Positions 18,242 through 28,398 of a stretch of DNA of 64,000 nucleotides are shown piece after piece. The DNA is from an uncultured Bacteroidota bacterium (GTDB lineage Bacteria > Bacteroidota > Bacteroidia > JABEUT01), in contig CAIWVW010000006.1 of the NCBI GenBank assembly GCA_903916255.1, positions 24,026-88,025 on the forward strand, read 5' to 3'. The position numbers and the translations under genes are program-made. Position 1 is the first letter of the stretch. Each line of letters begins with the position of its first letter. The notes beneath the pieces are model-generated. The model searched no databases and was not told the DNA's origin. It worked only from the letters and a program-made list of their open reading frames with translations.

Positions 18242-19063
18242 GTGGAGTACGAAATTAAACCTCACCAGAAGCTTAACCTGGGCTTAAAAGAGATATGGCA
18301 ATTCAGGGAAATGCTTTTTTTCTTTACCTGGCGCGATATAAAGGTAAAATACAAGCAAACCGTTCTTGGCTTTCTATGGGCCATCCTGCAGCCATTGTTA
18401 CTGATGACCATCTTTTCTCTGGCAGGAAAAGCCTTGAAAATCCCCTCTGAAAGTATTCCGCATCCGTTATTTACTTATTCGGCACTTACCCTTTGGATGA
18501 TATTTTCAACAGGGCTTAATAATGCCGGTAATAGTATGATTTCCAATGCGAATATTATCCGAAAAATATATTTCCCAAGGCTCATCATTCCTATTTCTTC
18601 TGTATTCACAGCCCTGTTCGATTTCCTGATGGCTTTTATCATCCTAATTGGAATGTTAGTTTTTTATCATAATAATATCACCTTCGAATTGGGCAAGTTT
18701 TTACTTTTAGTCCCTGTAAGTATACTTATAACCGCAGTTTCAACTTTTGGAGTCGGTTCACTGCTTGCGGCTTTAACTATTAAATATCGCGATTTTAGGT
18801 ATGTAACGCCATTTTTGGTGCAGGTGCTTATGTTTGTTACACCGGTTATTTATCCCATATCTATGTTCCAGTTTCCGGGAGCCAAATATGTGTTGGCAAT
18901 TAATCCTATGTATAGCGCTATAGAGCTATTCCGTTCCACATTTAACGGGCAAATTTTGGAACTGCGCCTGATTGCCATAAGCCTATTTTTTGCCATTCTT
19001 TTCTTTATTGCCGGAATCTATTATTTCCGCAAAACGGAAGCCTTTTTTGCTGACCTAGCCTGA
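18242..19063 (+). CDS. wzm: ABC polysaccharide export permease
   Basis: WRDIKVKYKQTVLGFLWAILQP, IIRKIYFPR, KYRDF motifs; GTG start at 18242 preferred. Confidence 0.93.
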   Translation: MEYEIKPHQKLNLGLKEIWQFREMLFFFTWRDIKVKYKQTVLGFLWAILQPLLLMTIFSLAGKALKIPSESIPHPLFTYSALTLWMIFSTGLNNAGNSMISNANIIRKIYFPRLIIPISSVFTALFDFLMAFIILIGMLVFYHNNITFELGKFLLLVPVSILITAVSTFGVGSLLAALTIKYRDFRYVTPFLVQVLMFVTPVIYPISMFQFPGAKYVLAINPMYSAIELFRSTFNGQILELRLIAISLFFAILFFIAGIYYFRKTEAFFADLA

Positions 19064-20250
19064 TGATGAAACCCATACTGGAAATAAAAAATATCTCTAA
19101 GAAATTCCGCATTTCGCATAATGGGCAGGCGTATGTGAGCATGCGCGATGCTATTTCTTCCGTATTTAAAAAGTCTGAAGGTACTAAAGAGGATTTTTAC
19201 GCATTAAAGGATATTAGTTTTAATGTAGAACAGGGCGAATGCATAGGTATTATCGGTAAAAACGGTGCCGGTAAATCTACGTTGTTGAAAGTGCTTTCAA
19301 GAATTACACCGCCTACAACAGGTAGCATTATTTCAAGGGGACGTATGGCAAGTTTGCTAGAAGTTGGTACCGGTTTTCATCCGGAACTCACGGGGCGTGA
19401 AAATGTATACCTGAATGGTTCTATACTTGGAATGAGCCGGAAAGAAATCCAAAATAAATTCGATGAGATTATCGATTTCAGTGGTACTGAAAAGTTTTTA
19501 GACACTCCGTTGAAGTTTTACAGCAGTGGTATGCAATTGCGGCTTGCATTTTCTGTGGCCGCTTTTTTGGAGCCGGAAATTATGGTGATTGATGAAGTGC
19601 TTGCTGTGGGCGATGCCGAGTTTCAAAAGAAGTGCATGGGTAAAATGGAAGACATCAATAAACATGGCCGCACAATTCTTTTCGTGAGCCACGACTTAAA
19701 TGCCGTTCAAAACCTTTGCAAAAAAGCAATTTTGCTGAAAGATGGACAGATTGCAATGACCGGAAGTTCGCAGGAGGTGATTACGCATTACCTTCATTCA
19801 GGCTCTATTGCCAGCACCTCATGGGCTCAGAAAAAGGAATTAAGCCATCCGCATTTCAGTAAAATAGATGTGGAAATAAAAGGTAAGCAACCCTATCTGA
19901 AATTGGTTGTTCACTCGGAAATTAAATGTATGCCTGAAATGGCTGCTTCCTTCATTTCATATGATATATTCAGTAAACTGGGTACACCTGTGGGGCAGGC
20001 TATACCTAATTTGGAACCATTTATCAAGTCGGGAGGTGCGGCTATCCACCTTAGCGCCGAAATTGACATGAACGGGTTTATTCCCGGCGATTATTATCTG
20101 GATGCATGGCTGGGCCCGCATTTCAGCGAAACGTATGATTGGCAAAAGGAATGTATAGAGTTCTCTATTATTGAAAGCCCGCAGAAAACCCGCACATACC
20201 AGCACTACCCGGCACATGGCTTTATTGTTCCCGAATCCCGACTAATTTGA
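19063..20250 (+). CDS. wzt: ABC polysaccharide export ATPase with C-terminal extension
   Basis: GKNGAGKST, LLEVGTGFHPELTGREN, YSSGMQLRLAF; about 150-aa C-terminal domain. Confidence 0.95.
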   Translation: MMKPILEIKNISKKFRISHNGQAYVSMRDAISSVFKKSEGTKEDFYALKDISFNVEQGECIGIIGKNGAGKSTLLKVLSRITPPTTGSIISRGRMASLLEVGTGFHPELTGRENVYLNGSILGMSRKEIQNKFDEIIDFSGTEKFLDTPLKFYSSGMQLRLAFSVAAFLEPEIMVIDEVLAVGDAEFQKKCMGKMEDINKHGRTILFVSHDLNAVQNLCKKAILLKDGQIAMTGSSQEVITHYLHSGSIASTSWAQKKELSHPHFSKIDVEIKGKQPYLKLVVHSEIKCMPEMAASFISYDIFSKLGTPVGQAIPNLEPFIKSGGAAIHLSAEIDMNGFIPGDYYLDAWLGPHFSETYDWQKECIEFSIIESPQKTRTYQHYPAHGFIVPESRLI

Positions 20251-20260
20251 TTTTTATTCG

Positions 20261-21016
20261 ATGAAACCCACTACCTATCAGGATAACTTTTATGAATATC
20301 ATTTGCAAGGCGCGCTTGCTTCGGCAGATGCTATTATCCCTATGGTGCAGGAATACGTTAATCCGACTTCTGTAATCGATATTGGTTGCGGTATTGGTGC
20401 ATGGCTAAGTGTTTGGGAAAAAAGAGGCATAAAAGATATTAAAGGAGTTGACGGAGCCTATGTAGATAAAAAGCAACTTCTGATTGAGACAGATAAGTTT
20501 GAAGATTTCAATCTTGAGCAAGGATACAAAAGCACGAAGCGATTTGGTATGGTAACTTGTTTGGAAGTGGCAGAGCATTTGCCCGCCAATTCAGCCGAAC
20601 TGTTTGTGGAATCCTTATGCGCGCTAAGCGATGTCGTTTTGTTTTCGGCAGCAATACCTGCACAGGAAGGTACAATGCACATAAACGAGCAGTTTCATGA
20701 ATATTGGGGGAATATTTTCGCGAAAAACGGATATGCGGTTGTGGATTGTTTGCGGCCAAGAATATGGAATGATTCCAGAATTCAATGGTGGTACAGGCAG
20801 AACATCATGTTTTTTGTAAAGGAATCTGCGTTAGCAAACTATCCTAAATTAAAGGAACTGGCTTTACATAAAGGGCAAAAAGTAATGTCCCTCGTTCATC
20901 CGGAAATGCTGAAAGAGAAAGTACGGAAAATTGATTATTACGAGTCTATACTCCATTCAAGTAAGGCTACATTCAAGTATTTTCTCGATAGCCTCTTCAA
21001 GAAAAAAAACGGATGA
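20261..21016 (+). CDS. Class I SAM-dependent methyltransferase
   Basis: VIDIGCGIGAW; CLEVAEHL; HINEQ. Confidence 0.9.
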   Translation: MKPTTYQDNFYEYHLQGALASADAIIPMVQEYVNPTSVIDIGCGIGAWLSVWEKRGIKDIKGVDGAYVDKKQLLIETDKFEDFNLEQGYKSTKRFGMVTCLEVAEHLPANSAELFVESLCALSDVVLFSAAIPAQEGTMHINEQFHEYWGNIFAKNGYAVVDCLRPRIWNDSRIQWWYRQNIMFFVKESALANYPKLKELALHKGQKVMSLVHPEMLKEKVRKIDYYESILHSSKATFKYFLDSLFKKKNG

Positions 21017-21696
21017 GGGAAGAAAATCAATACCGGTTTGCCGATTACAGCAAGATTGATAAAGCTGACCATTATTATCTTGTATATAAACCGTTAATCA
21101 GGGATTTGGAGTTAGCCGTGAAAAAATACGGAGGCGGAAAAGTGCTTGACATTGGTTGCGGAAACAAACCCTACGAAGGTATGTTTCAGGGAATAGCAAA
21201 AGAGTATGTGGGTTGCGATGTAGTTCAATCAGACCAAAACCGTGTGGATGTTATTTGCGAAGCAACCAGAATCCCGTTGCCCGATTCCAGTTTTGACACC
21301 GTATTCTCCACACAGGTAATTGAACATGTGGAAGACCACCAGGCATTGGTGCGCGAGGCTTTTCGATTGTTAAAACCAGGAGGGCATTTTATTGTTTCAG
21401 GGCCTATGTATTGGCATTTGCATGAAGAGCCATATGATTTTTTCCGCTTTACAAAACATGGTTTTAAATATATTCTTGAAAAGAATGGTTTTACTGTAAA
21501 GGAAATACTTTCCAATGGCGGTAAATGGGCTTTGATGGGACAGGTGATTATACACACTATGCCAGCCAGAATAGTAAAAATGCGTTTTTTCAGAACCTTT
21601 GTGAACCGTATTTTCTCCTATCTTGACAGGAAAAATTTAAACGAGTTCAATACGATGAATTATGTTGTAGTTGGGAAAAAAGAAATTAAACCATGA
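21013..21696 (+). CDS. Class I SAM-dependent methyltransferase
   Basis: VLDIGCGNKPY; FDTVFSTQVIEHV; HEEPYDFFRFT. Confidence 0.9.
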   Translation: MREENQYRFADYSKIDKADHYYLVYKPLIRDLELAVKKYGGGKVLDIGCGNKPYEGMFQGIAKEYVGCDVVQSDQNRVDVICEATRIPLPDSSFDTVFSTQVIEHVEDHQALVREAFRLLKPGGHFIVSGPMYWHLHEEPYDFFRFTKHGFKYILEKNGFTVKEILSNGGKWALMGQVIIHTMPARIVKMRFFRTFVNRIFSYLDRKNLNEFNTMNYVVVGKKEIKP

Positions 21697-22526
21697 ATCC
21701 TGTAATTTCCATAATTATTCCCTGCTACAATCAAGGGCAGTATCTTGAAGAAGCTTTGAAAAGCGCTTTGGGATTTATAGATAAATATTATTGCGAAATA
21801 ATTATTGTTAATGATGGCTCAACGGATTCAGAAACACTTGCTATACTCAATGAGTTGTCGGAAAATGGATGCAGTATAATAAATCAAGTAAATAAAGGCT
21901 TGGGCGCAGCCCGGAATGCCGGAATTAAAGCGGCAAAAGGAAAATATATTTTGCCGCTTGACAGTGATAATAAAATAAGGCCTGAATATATTTCGGAAGG
22001 AATAAAGCTATTAGATGAAAACCCCGAATTAGATGTGGTTTATGGCAATGCTGAATATTTTGGCGAGAAGGCCGGAGTATGGGAAAGCGGAGAGTTCAAC
22101 TTGCAACGATTGATGATTGAAAACTATATCGATGCTTGTGCCGTCTATCGCAAATCTACCTGGGAAAAATTGGGTGGCTATGATGAAAAAATGCCTGTAA
22201 TGGGCTATGAGGACTGGGATTTCTGGCTGCGGATTGCTTTTCAGAATGGAAAATTTAAATACGTAAATAAAGTATTGTTTGATTATCGGTATTCGTCAAA
22301 ATCTATGATACGTTCAATAGAGCAACGCAAAATGGCTTTAATAGATGAGTACATGACGAAAAAGCACAGCCAATATTTAAATCGTTCATACCTGAATAAA
22401 TTGATGCTTTTTAAAGCCAATAGGGACAAAAGACTCGCGATTAGTTTTTTCGTGCGTGCTTGTTTTCCCTCATTCAGTAATCTTTTGCGCAAGGCCGGCG
22501 TTATGAAGAATAAGGATATAATTTGA
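21693..22526 (+). CDS. Glycosyltransferase family 2
   Basis: SIIIPCYN, VNDGSTD, ARNAG, LDSD, GYEDWD. Confidence 0.93.
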   Translation: MNPVISIIIPCYNQGQYLEEALKSALGFIDKYYCEIIIVNDGSTDSETLAILNELSENGCSIINQVNKGLGAARNAGIKAAKGKYILPLDSDNKIRPEYISEGIKLLDENPELDVVYGNAEYFGEKAGVWESGEFNLQRLMIENYIDACAVYRKSTWEKLGGYDEKMPVMGYEDWDFWLRIAFQNGKFKYVNKVLFDYRYSSKSMIRSIEQRKMALIDEYMTKKHSQYLNRSYLNKLMLFKANRDKRLAISFFVRACFPSFSNLLRKAGVMKNKDII

Positions 22527-22543
22527 ACTATATCTGAAGAAAA

Positions 22544-23494
22544 ATGAATGTCTCCGTTGAAATATTGCTCTCTGCTTATAATGGTGAAAAATACCTCGGC
22601 GTTCAGTTGGATAGTATTCTTCAGCAAGATTATACCAATTGGAGATTAACAATTCGGGATGATGGTTCCAAGGATTCGACAAAGTCTATTATTTCTGAAT
22701 ATGTAAGCAAATATCCGGATAAGATAAAGCTTTATAGTGATACAGAAGGCAATCTTGGATTCAATGCTTCCTTCTGTAAATTGCTAAAGCAATGCAGTGC
22801 CGATTATGCCATATATTGCGACCAGGACGATTTCTGGTTCCCCTCTAAAATTTCAACCATGCTATCGGTAATGCTTGAAGAGGAAACCAGATTGCCTGAT
22901 AAAGCGCATATTGTATTTTCCGATTTACAGGTAGCAGATGCAGGATTGAATATGATTTCCGCATCTTTTTTGAAAATGGCAGGGCATAATCCGGATAAAG
23001 GAATGCAGGTTTTTTTTCTGAAGAATTATGTACCCGGTTGCAATATGCTATTTAACAGGAAACTGATAGAACAAGCCATGCAAACTGAAAACATTATCTG
23101 CCTGCACGACCATTGGTTGCTTATGGTTTGCAGTTCTGCGGGCAAACTCAGTTTTATAAATAAGCCCCTTATGAAATACCGAATGCATGATACGAATGCA
23201 ATTGGATACTTTCCGGCGAAAACGCCTTTCATGAAGCAAGTGGGTTTGTTTTTTAAAGATAATTTGAAATATGGGCTGGCCAATAAAAAGTATAGAACCC
23301 TTTTGTATGCTAGAAATATAGCGCAAATGCAAAACATTTGTAGCCATTTAGGAGTAGATGTTTCCAAGGATGCCATTGCATTTGCTGAGATTAACAATAG
23401 TAATTATTTTGTCAGGAAAATTCGGAGCCTTAGTAAGCCTTATATATTGGAAAATTCGCTGTTCAAACAACTGACGTATGTAATCTGTTTTTAA
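22544..23494 (+). CDS. Glycosyltransferase family 2 (rhamnosyltransferase-like)
   Basis: YNGEKYL..QLDSIL, RDDGSKD, CDQDDFW, HDHW, YRMH. Confidence 0.92.
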   Translation: MNVSVEILLSAYNGEKYLGVQLDSILQQDYTNWRLTIRDDGSKDSTKSIISEYVSKYPDKIKLYSDTEGNLGFNASFCKLLKQCSADYAIYCDQDDFWFPSKISTMLSVMLEEETRLPDKAHIVFSDLQVADAGLNMISASFLKMAGHNPDKGMQVFFLKNYVPGCNMLFNRKLIEQAMQTENIICLHDHWLLMVCSSAGKLSFINKPLMKYRMHDTNAIGYFPAKTPFMKQVGLFFKDNLKYGLANKKYRTLLYARNIAQMQNICSHLGVDVSKDAIAFAEINNSNYFVRKIRSLSKPYILENSLFKQLTYVICF

Positions 23495-23503
23495 AGCAAC
23501 AAA

Positions 23504-24391
23504 GTGGACGTATCGATAATCATAGTAAACTACAATACATTCGAGCTTACCTGCTCCTGTATCCAATCGGTTATTCAATTCACAAAGGATTGCAGCTATG
23601 AGATTATTTTGGTAGATAACGCCTCGGCGGAATGTTCCGCTGATTTGTTCCTCCAAAAATTTTCCACTGTAAAATTAATCAAAAGTCCTGTTAACAGAGG
23701 ATTTACAGGAGGCAATAATTTAGGTTTGGAATCTGCAAAAGGCGAAAACTTCTTGCTTTTAAACAGCGATGTCATTTTAACCGGGGATTCTGTTTCCAAA
23801 TGCCTGAATGTTTTGAAGAATAACGAAAAGATAGGACTGGTAACCTGTATGCTTAAATATCCGAATGGCACTATTCAGAATCAATGTCAACGGTTTCCGT
23901 CCATCGGTCGCACAATTATAGAACTGTTTAGGATTCATAAGCTGATTCCGCAACCTAAGCGCGGACTGATTATGGGGAATGGTTTTTGCGACCACAAGGC
24001 AAGCATGTATTGTGATTCTGTTTGGGGCGCATTTTTTATGTTTCCCCGAAAAGTGCTGGAAAAGTTCGATGGAATAAAACTTCCCGGTGAATTTTTTATG
24101 TATGCCGAAGATTTGCTCTGGTGCTACAAAATCCGAAAAATGGGATATTCGATTTATTACAATTCGGAGACTTCTGTTATTCACTATATGGGCGCATCCT
24201 CATCGGAATCTGTGCTGAACTGGAAGCATCAAAATGAATATGATTTTATAGTAGAATATTATAGCTGGTTTTATGCCAAAGCATATGTATTATTGCGCTC
24301 TATGCTTTATGCAACCGCTTTTGACCGTGAGTATGCGGCTAAAATAAGCGGAGTTTATTTTAACTTGTTTGTTAAAGGCAAAACGGTATGA
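23504..24391 (+). CDS. Glycosyltransferase family 2 (WbbL-like)
   Basis: SIIIVNYN, VDNAS, GFTGGNN, LLLNSD, FFMYAED; GTG start. Confidence 0.92.
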   Translation: MDVSIIIVNYNTFELTCSCIQSVIQFTKDCSYEIILVDNASAECSADLFLQKFSTVKLIKSPVNRGFTGGNNLGLESAKGENFLLLNSDVILTGDSVSKCLNVLKNNEKIGLVTCMLKYPNGTIQNQCQRFPSIGRTIIELFRIHKLIPQPKRGLIMGNGFCDHKASMYCDSVWGAFFMFPRKVLEKFDGIKLPGEFFMYAEDLLWCYKIRKMGYSIYYNSETSVIHYMGASSSESVLNWKHQNEYDFIVEYYSWFYAKAYVLLRSMLYATAFDREYAAKISGVYFNLFVKGKTV

Positions 24392-25293
24392 AAACAAGTG
24401 TAATTATACCCAGTTATAATCCGGTTTTAAAACTCCCGGAAACCCTTGAAAAATTGATTCCGCAAGCTGATTTTATAGATGAGCTGATTGTAATAATAGA
24501 TAATACTAACTACACCGATTTCGCAACATCATTGGCAGAGAAGTATGCCGCAACTTTAAAAATAAAAGTATTTCCACAGGAAAACTCAGGCCGCGGCAAA
24601 TCCCGGAACAGGGGAGTGGAATTGGCGATGGGAGATTTGATTATTTTTTTGGATGATGATATGCTTGCGGAAAGTAACCTGATAGAAAGTCATATTAAAT
24701 ACCATCTTGAATGCCCCGATATTATTGTCTCGGGCAATGGATACCGTAATCCTGCCAATGCTGCGTATGATTTTGGTAAGTATCTGATTCAAATGGAAAA
24801 TGGATGGAAAACTAAAAGCCCGATTAAAGAAGATGTAAGCTTGGAGCGATTTAATTTTACATCCTCTAACATGTCTCTGCCAAAAAAGATATTTCAACAA
24901 CTGGGTGGGTTTGATACCCGTTTTTCCGATGGCGAGGATTTTGATTTTGCTGTCAGAGCTATTAATAAAGGTATTTCTGTAAAATATGATAGGGACCTTA
25001 AAGCCTGGCATAATGACTGGCCCGATATAAAGTCATTTTTGCGGCGGCAACGGGAATATACCAATGCAAAAAATGAAATTTTTAAAGTGCACCCTGAATA
25101 TGTAAAGCACTTCCCGAATATGGTGCCGCGGGAAGCTAAAGGCTATAAAAAGAGCCTGGCTAATCTATTAAAATACCCGCTGCTGAACTTTGTTGCTTCC
25201 GATAATGTTATTTTTGCCCCATTACCAATTAAATGGAAATTCATGCTCTACAATATTGCTATCAGTTTTAATTCCATTAATAACTACAATTAA
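24388..25293 (+). CDS. Glycosyltransferase family 2
   Basis: SVIIPSYN, SRNRG, FLDDD, GGFD..GEDFD. Confidence 0.9.
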   Translation: MKTSVIIPSYNPVLKLPETLEKLIPQADFIDELIVIIDNTNYTDFATSLAEKYAATLKIKVFPQENSGRGKSRNRGVELAMGDLIIFLDDDMLAESNLIESHIKYHLECPDIIVSGNGYRNPANAAYDFGKYLIQMENGWKTKSPIKEDVSLERFNFTSSNMSLPKKIFQQLGGFDTRFSDGEDFDFAVRAINKGISVKYDRDLKAWHNDWPDIKSFLRRQREYTNAKNEIFKVHPEYVKHFPNMVPREAKGYKKSLANLLKYPLLNFVASDNVIFAPLPIKWKFMLYNIAISFNSINNYN

Positions 25294-25302
25294 GTTTTTA
25301 TA

Positions 25303-26259
25303 ATGGGCGTAAAAAACATATTTAAATATTTAAGGGCGACCCCCATAATTAATATACCGGTGAGGGTGTTGGTTAAAAATAGAACCGCCTTTGACCAGCG
25401 TGTTTTGAATTTCTTTTCACTTCATTGGCCGGTAACCGGGATTATTTCATTCCATTTGCCAAAAGGCGAAAAGGTGAAAATATATTCAAAAGGCGATGAC
25501 TATGTTTCTACACAAGCCTTTTGGAAAGGTTACATGGGCTATGAAGGGCCTTCGGTACAATTATTTTATTACCTGAGTAAGCAATGCAAAACCATTATTG
25601 ATATAGGAGCCAATGTTGGCTATTTTACTTTGATTGGCGCAAGTTCAAACCCAACTGCAAAGGTGTATTCTTTCGAGCCGGTGAAGCATATTTTCGAACG
25701 CCTGAATAAGAATGTAAACATAAACAACCTGACGAATGTAATTGCTGAAAATTCAGTAGTTGGTAATTCGGAAATGCCCGTAAAATTTTATTTACCGAAA
25801 ACAAATGGGATAGCTCTCGCGGGCTCTACCAAAAGGGGTTGGGCAGATGATGCTGAAGAAATTATGGTTCCCTCCATATCATTGGATAATTATAAAAACA
25901 AGCAATCGATTTCCAACATAGAGCTGATTAAAATGGATTGCGAGTTTCATGAAAAGGAAGTACTGGAAGGAATGAGCGATATCCTGAAAAACGATAAGCC
26001 GCTTATACTGATGGAGGTTTTATTCCCCGAAGGAGAAGGCCAAAAAGGCCATTTTGAAATGGTGACGCATGTGGAGATAGAACGAATCATGAAAGAATAT
26101 GGGTATAGTTTTTATCTGATAAGTAAAGATGCTTTAATTCGTGTCGATAAGCTGGAATATAACCCTGATGAGCGTAATTATTTATTCTCTCCCACACGTT
26201 CCGAAAAAATATACCTCTCCTTTTCCGATATGGATTCGGTGATAAAAAATATAACATAG
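25303..26259 (+). CDS. FkbM family methyltransferase
   Basis: IIDIGANVGYF, YSFEP, LIKMDCEFHE..VLEG. Confidence 0.92.
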   Translation: MGVKNIFKYLRATPIINIPVRVLVKNRTAFDQRVLNFFSLHWPVTGIISFHLPKGEKVKIYSKGDDYVSTQAFWKGYMGYEGPSVQLFYYLSKQCKTIIDIGANVGYFTLIGASSNPTAKVYSFEPVKHIFERLNKNVNINNLTNVIAENSVVGNSEMPVKFYLPKTNGIALAGSTKRGWADDAEEIMVPSISLDNYKNKQSISNIELIKMDCEFHEKEVLEGMSDILKNDKPLILMEVLFPEGEGQKGHFEMVTHVEIERIMKEYGYSFYLISKDALIRVDKLEYNPDERNYLFSPTRSEKIYLSFSDMDSVIKNIT

Positions 26260-26290
26260 TATTATCCTGCAAAGCTTATTAATAAAGGAA

Positions 26291-27409
26291 ATGCACGTCG
26301 TTCATGTAATAGCTAATAATTCTTCGGTTCCTTATCTTAATTGGTTTGCGGAGCGTTTGCACAATTATCCGAATGTGAAGTTTTCATTTATTGTAATGTA
26401 CCCCGAAAAACCTCATTTAATAGATGAAATGAAGGTTTTTGGATGCGATGCCTATTGGGTAAAATTTGATTCATCCAAACGGAAAACCGGAATGATTACG
26501 TCCTTTTTCAAGTTATATAAGCTCTTTAAATGGTTAAAGCCTGATGTGGTAAATGCGCATCTTTTTGATGATTCGCTGCCTGCTCTTTTAGCTGCCCGTT
26601 TTGCCCGAATTAAAAAACGCGTAATCCGCAAACAGGATACTGCTTTTCATTGGTATTTCAAACCGATGTGGGTATGGGCAGACAGGTTTAATAATGTAAA
26701 TTCTACCGATATTATTGCAATCAGCAAAGACTCTGAAAAATTCCTGTTGGAAAAGGAAAAAGCGCCTGCCCGTAAAATCAGGATGATTCATAACGGCATC
26801 CCTATTCGGGCTTTTACGAATCAGGTGGATGCCGACAAAAAAATGCTGATTGAAAAGTATGGACTTCAAGGTAAAATTGTATTGGGAACTATTGCCCGTT
26901 ATATAGAATGGAAAGGCTATAAATACATTATTGAAGCGGCAAAAGCGATTACATTAAAATATAAAAATGTAAAATTCCTTTTTGTTGGTAATGGAGAACA
27001 GCAGCAAGAACTGGAAGATTTGGTAAATAAATACGGCCTTTCTGAATATATTGTATTTACCCAATGGGTGGACAGGAAACATATTCCGTCGCTATATGGT
27101 ATAATGGATGTATATGTACATGCAGCAGTTATGGAGCCTTTTGGCTTTGTACTGGTAGAGGCTATGGCAAACGGAGTACCTATTGTTACATCTAAAACAG
27201 GGGTGGCTGCCGATGCTTTAAAACACAAAGAGACTTGCTATTTTACCGAAGATAAAGACCCTAAAGGCATTGCCGAAGGAGTGGCATGGATGCTTGAAAA
27301 CCCTTCAGAGCGTGATGCAATGAGAGATAAAACAAAGAAATTAGCCTCCGATTTATTCAGCGTGGAAAAGATGCTGGATGAGCATATTAAAGTTTACAGG
27401 GGAGAATAA
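26291..27409 (+). CDS. Glycosyltransferase family 4
   Basis: IHNGI, IARYIEWKG, EPFGFVLVEAMANGVP. Confidence 0.93.
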   Translation: MHVVHVIANNSSVPYLNWFAERLHNYPNVKFSFIVMYPEKPHLIDEMKVFGCDAYWVKFDSSKRKTGMITSFFKLYKLFKWLKPDVVNAHLFDDSLPALLAARFARIKKRVIRKQDTAFHWYFKPMWVWADRFNNVNSTDIIAISKDSEKFLLEKEKAPARKIRMIHNGIPIRAFTNQVDADKKMLIEKYGLQGKIVLGTIARYIEWKGYKYIIEAAKAITLKYKNVKFLFVGNGEQQQELEDLVNKYGLSEYIVFTQWVDRKHIPSLYGIMDVYVHAAVMEPFGFVLVEAMANGVPIVTSKTGVAADALKHKETCYFTEDKDPKGIAEGVAWMLENPSERDAMRDKTKKLASDLFSVEKMLDEHIKVYRGE

Positions 27410-27410
27410 A

Positions 27411-28310
27411 TCATATCTGTTTACTTTTTGCCTTTATACCTAATACCTTTTTGAAAGCCTTTATAAATGCAGGTGGATAAACCATTCCTGCTTTAAGCGC
27501 AAATAGTAACGCTCTGCCTGATTTATGCGCATCGGTATACCAGCTTCCCGAGATAATTAAATACATATTCGATAATACTTTCCGCCTGAATGCGGCTTCG
27601 GGAATAAGGTGCTGTTCTTTAATTTTATGAGCAATGTATAATTCATCTTTTTCAAGCAGCCACACTTTTTTACTCATGCTGCCGGGCGTATTTCGGTATT
27701 TTACCAGTATTTTTGGCAGGTAGGCAGCATAAGCATCTCTGGCAAGTATAATCTTCATATAACGGTCAGCGCAATTGGATAAATGCTCGTCAAACAGAAA
27801 TTTTTCCTTCATCAGGTTTGTTTTAACCATAATGTTGGAGGGTAGAGTAGGTATCGTTTCCCCTTGCCATTGCAACACTTTTTTGAAAAGATTATCGGGT
27901 TCAACCCCTTTTTCAACCCTTTCATCATTCAGTTTTTCATCGCAATGCATTACATCGCAATACACAAAATCTATAATGGAATTACTCAGGAGAAGGTTGT
28001 GTTTTTCTTCGAGATTTGTTGGTAAGTAATAGTCGTCCGCATCCAGAAAGGTAATATAGTTACCTGCCGCAGCCCTTATTCCGGCATTGCGCGCTGCCGA
28101 TACTCCTTTGTTTGGCTGTTTTATCAGTTTAATTCGCTTGTCGGTTAAAAAACCGCTTATAATTTCAGCCGTATTATCGGTAGAGCCATCATCCACCGCA
28201 ATTAATTCCCAGTTGGGATAGGATTGGTTAAGCACCGATGTAATGCTGTCGGCAATGTATTTGGAAACATTGTATGCAGGAATAACTACGCTTATTTCGG
28301 GAGTGCTCAT
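27411..28310 (-). CDS. Glycosyltransferase family 2
   Basis: SVVIPAYN, VDDGSTD, ARNAG, FLDADD. Confidence 0.93.
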   Translation of the reverse strand: MSTPEISVVIPAYNVSKYIADSITSVLNQSYPNWELIAVDDGSTDNTAEIISGFLTDKRIKLIKQPNKGVSAARNAGIRAAAGNYITFLDADDYYLPTNLEEKHNLLLSNSIIDFVYCDVMHCDEKLNDERVEKGVEPDNLFKKVLQWQGETIPTLPSNIMVKTNLMKEKFLFDEHLSNCADRYMKIILARDAYAAYLPKILVKYRNTPGSMSKKVWLLEKDELYIAHKIKEQHLIPEAAFRRKVLSNMYLIISGSWYTDAHKSGRALLFALKAGMVYPPAFIKAFKKVLGIKAKSKQI

Positions 28311-28398
28311 GAGTCTTGTGGTTCACAAAATTATGAATCCCGTGGTTATTACTCGCAATAATCCCTGATATTTGCATTCGAAATAGCCAATATTCTAC

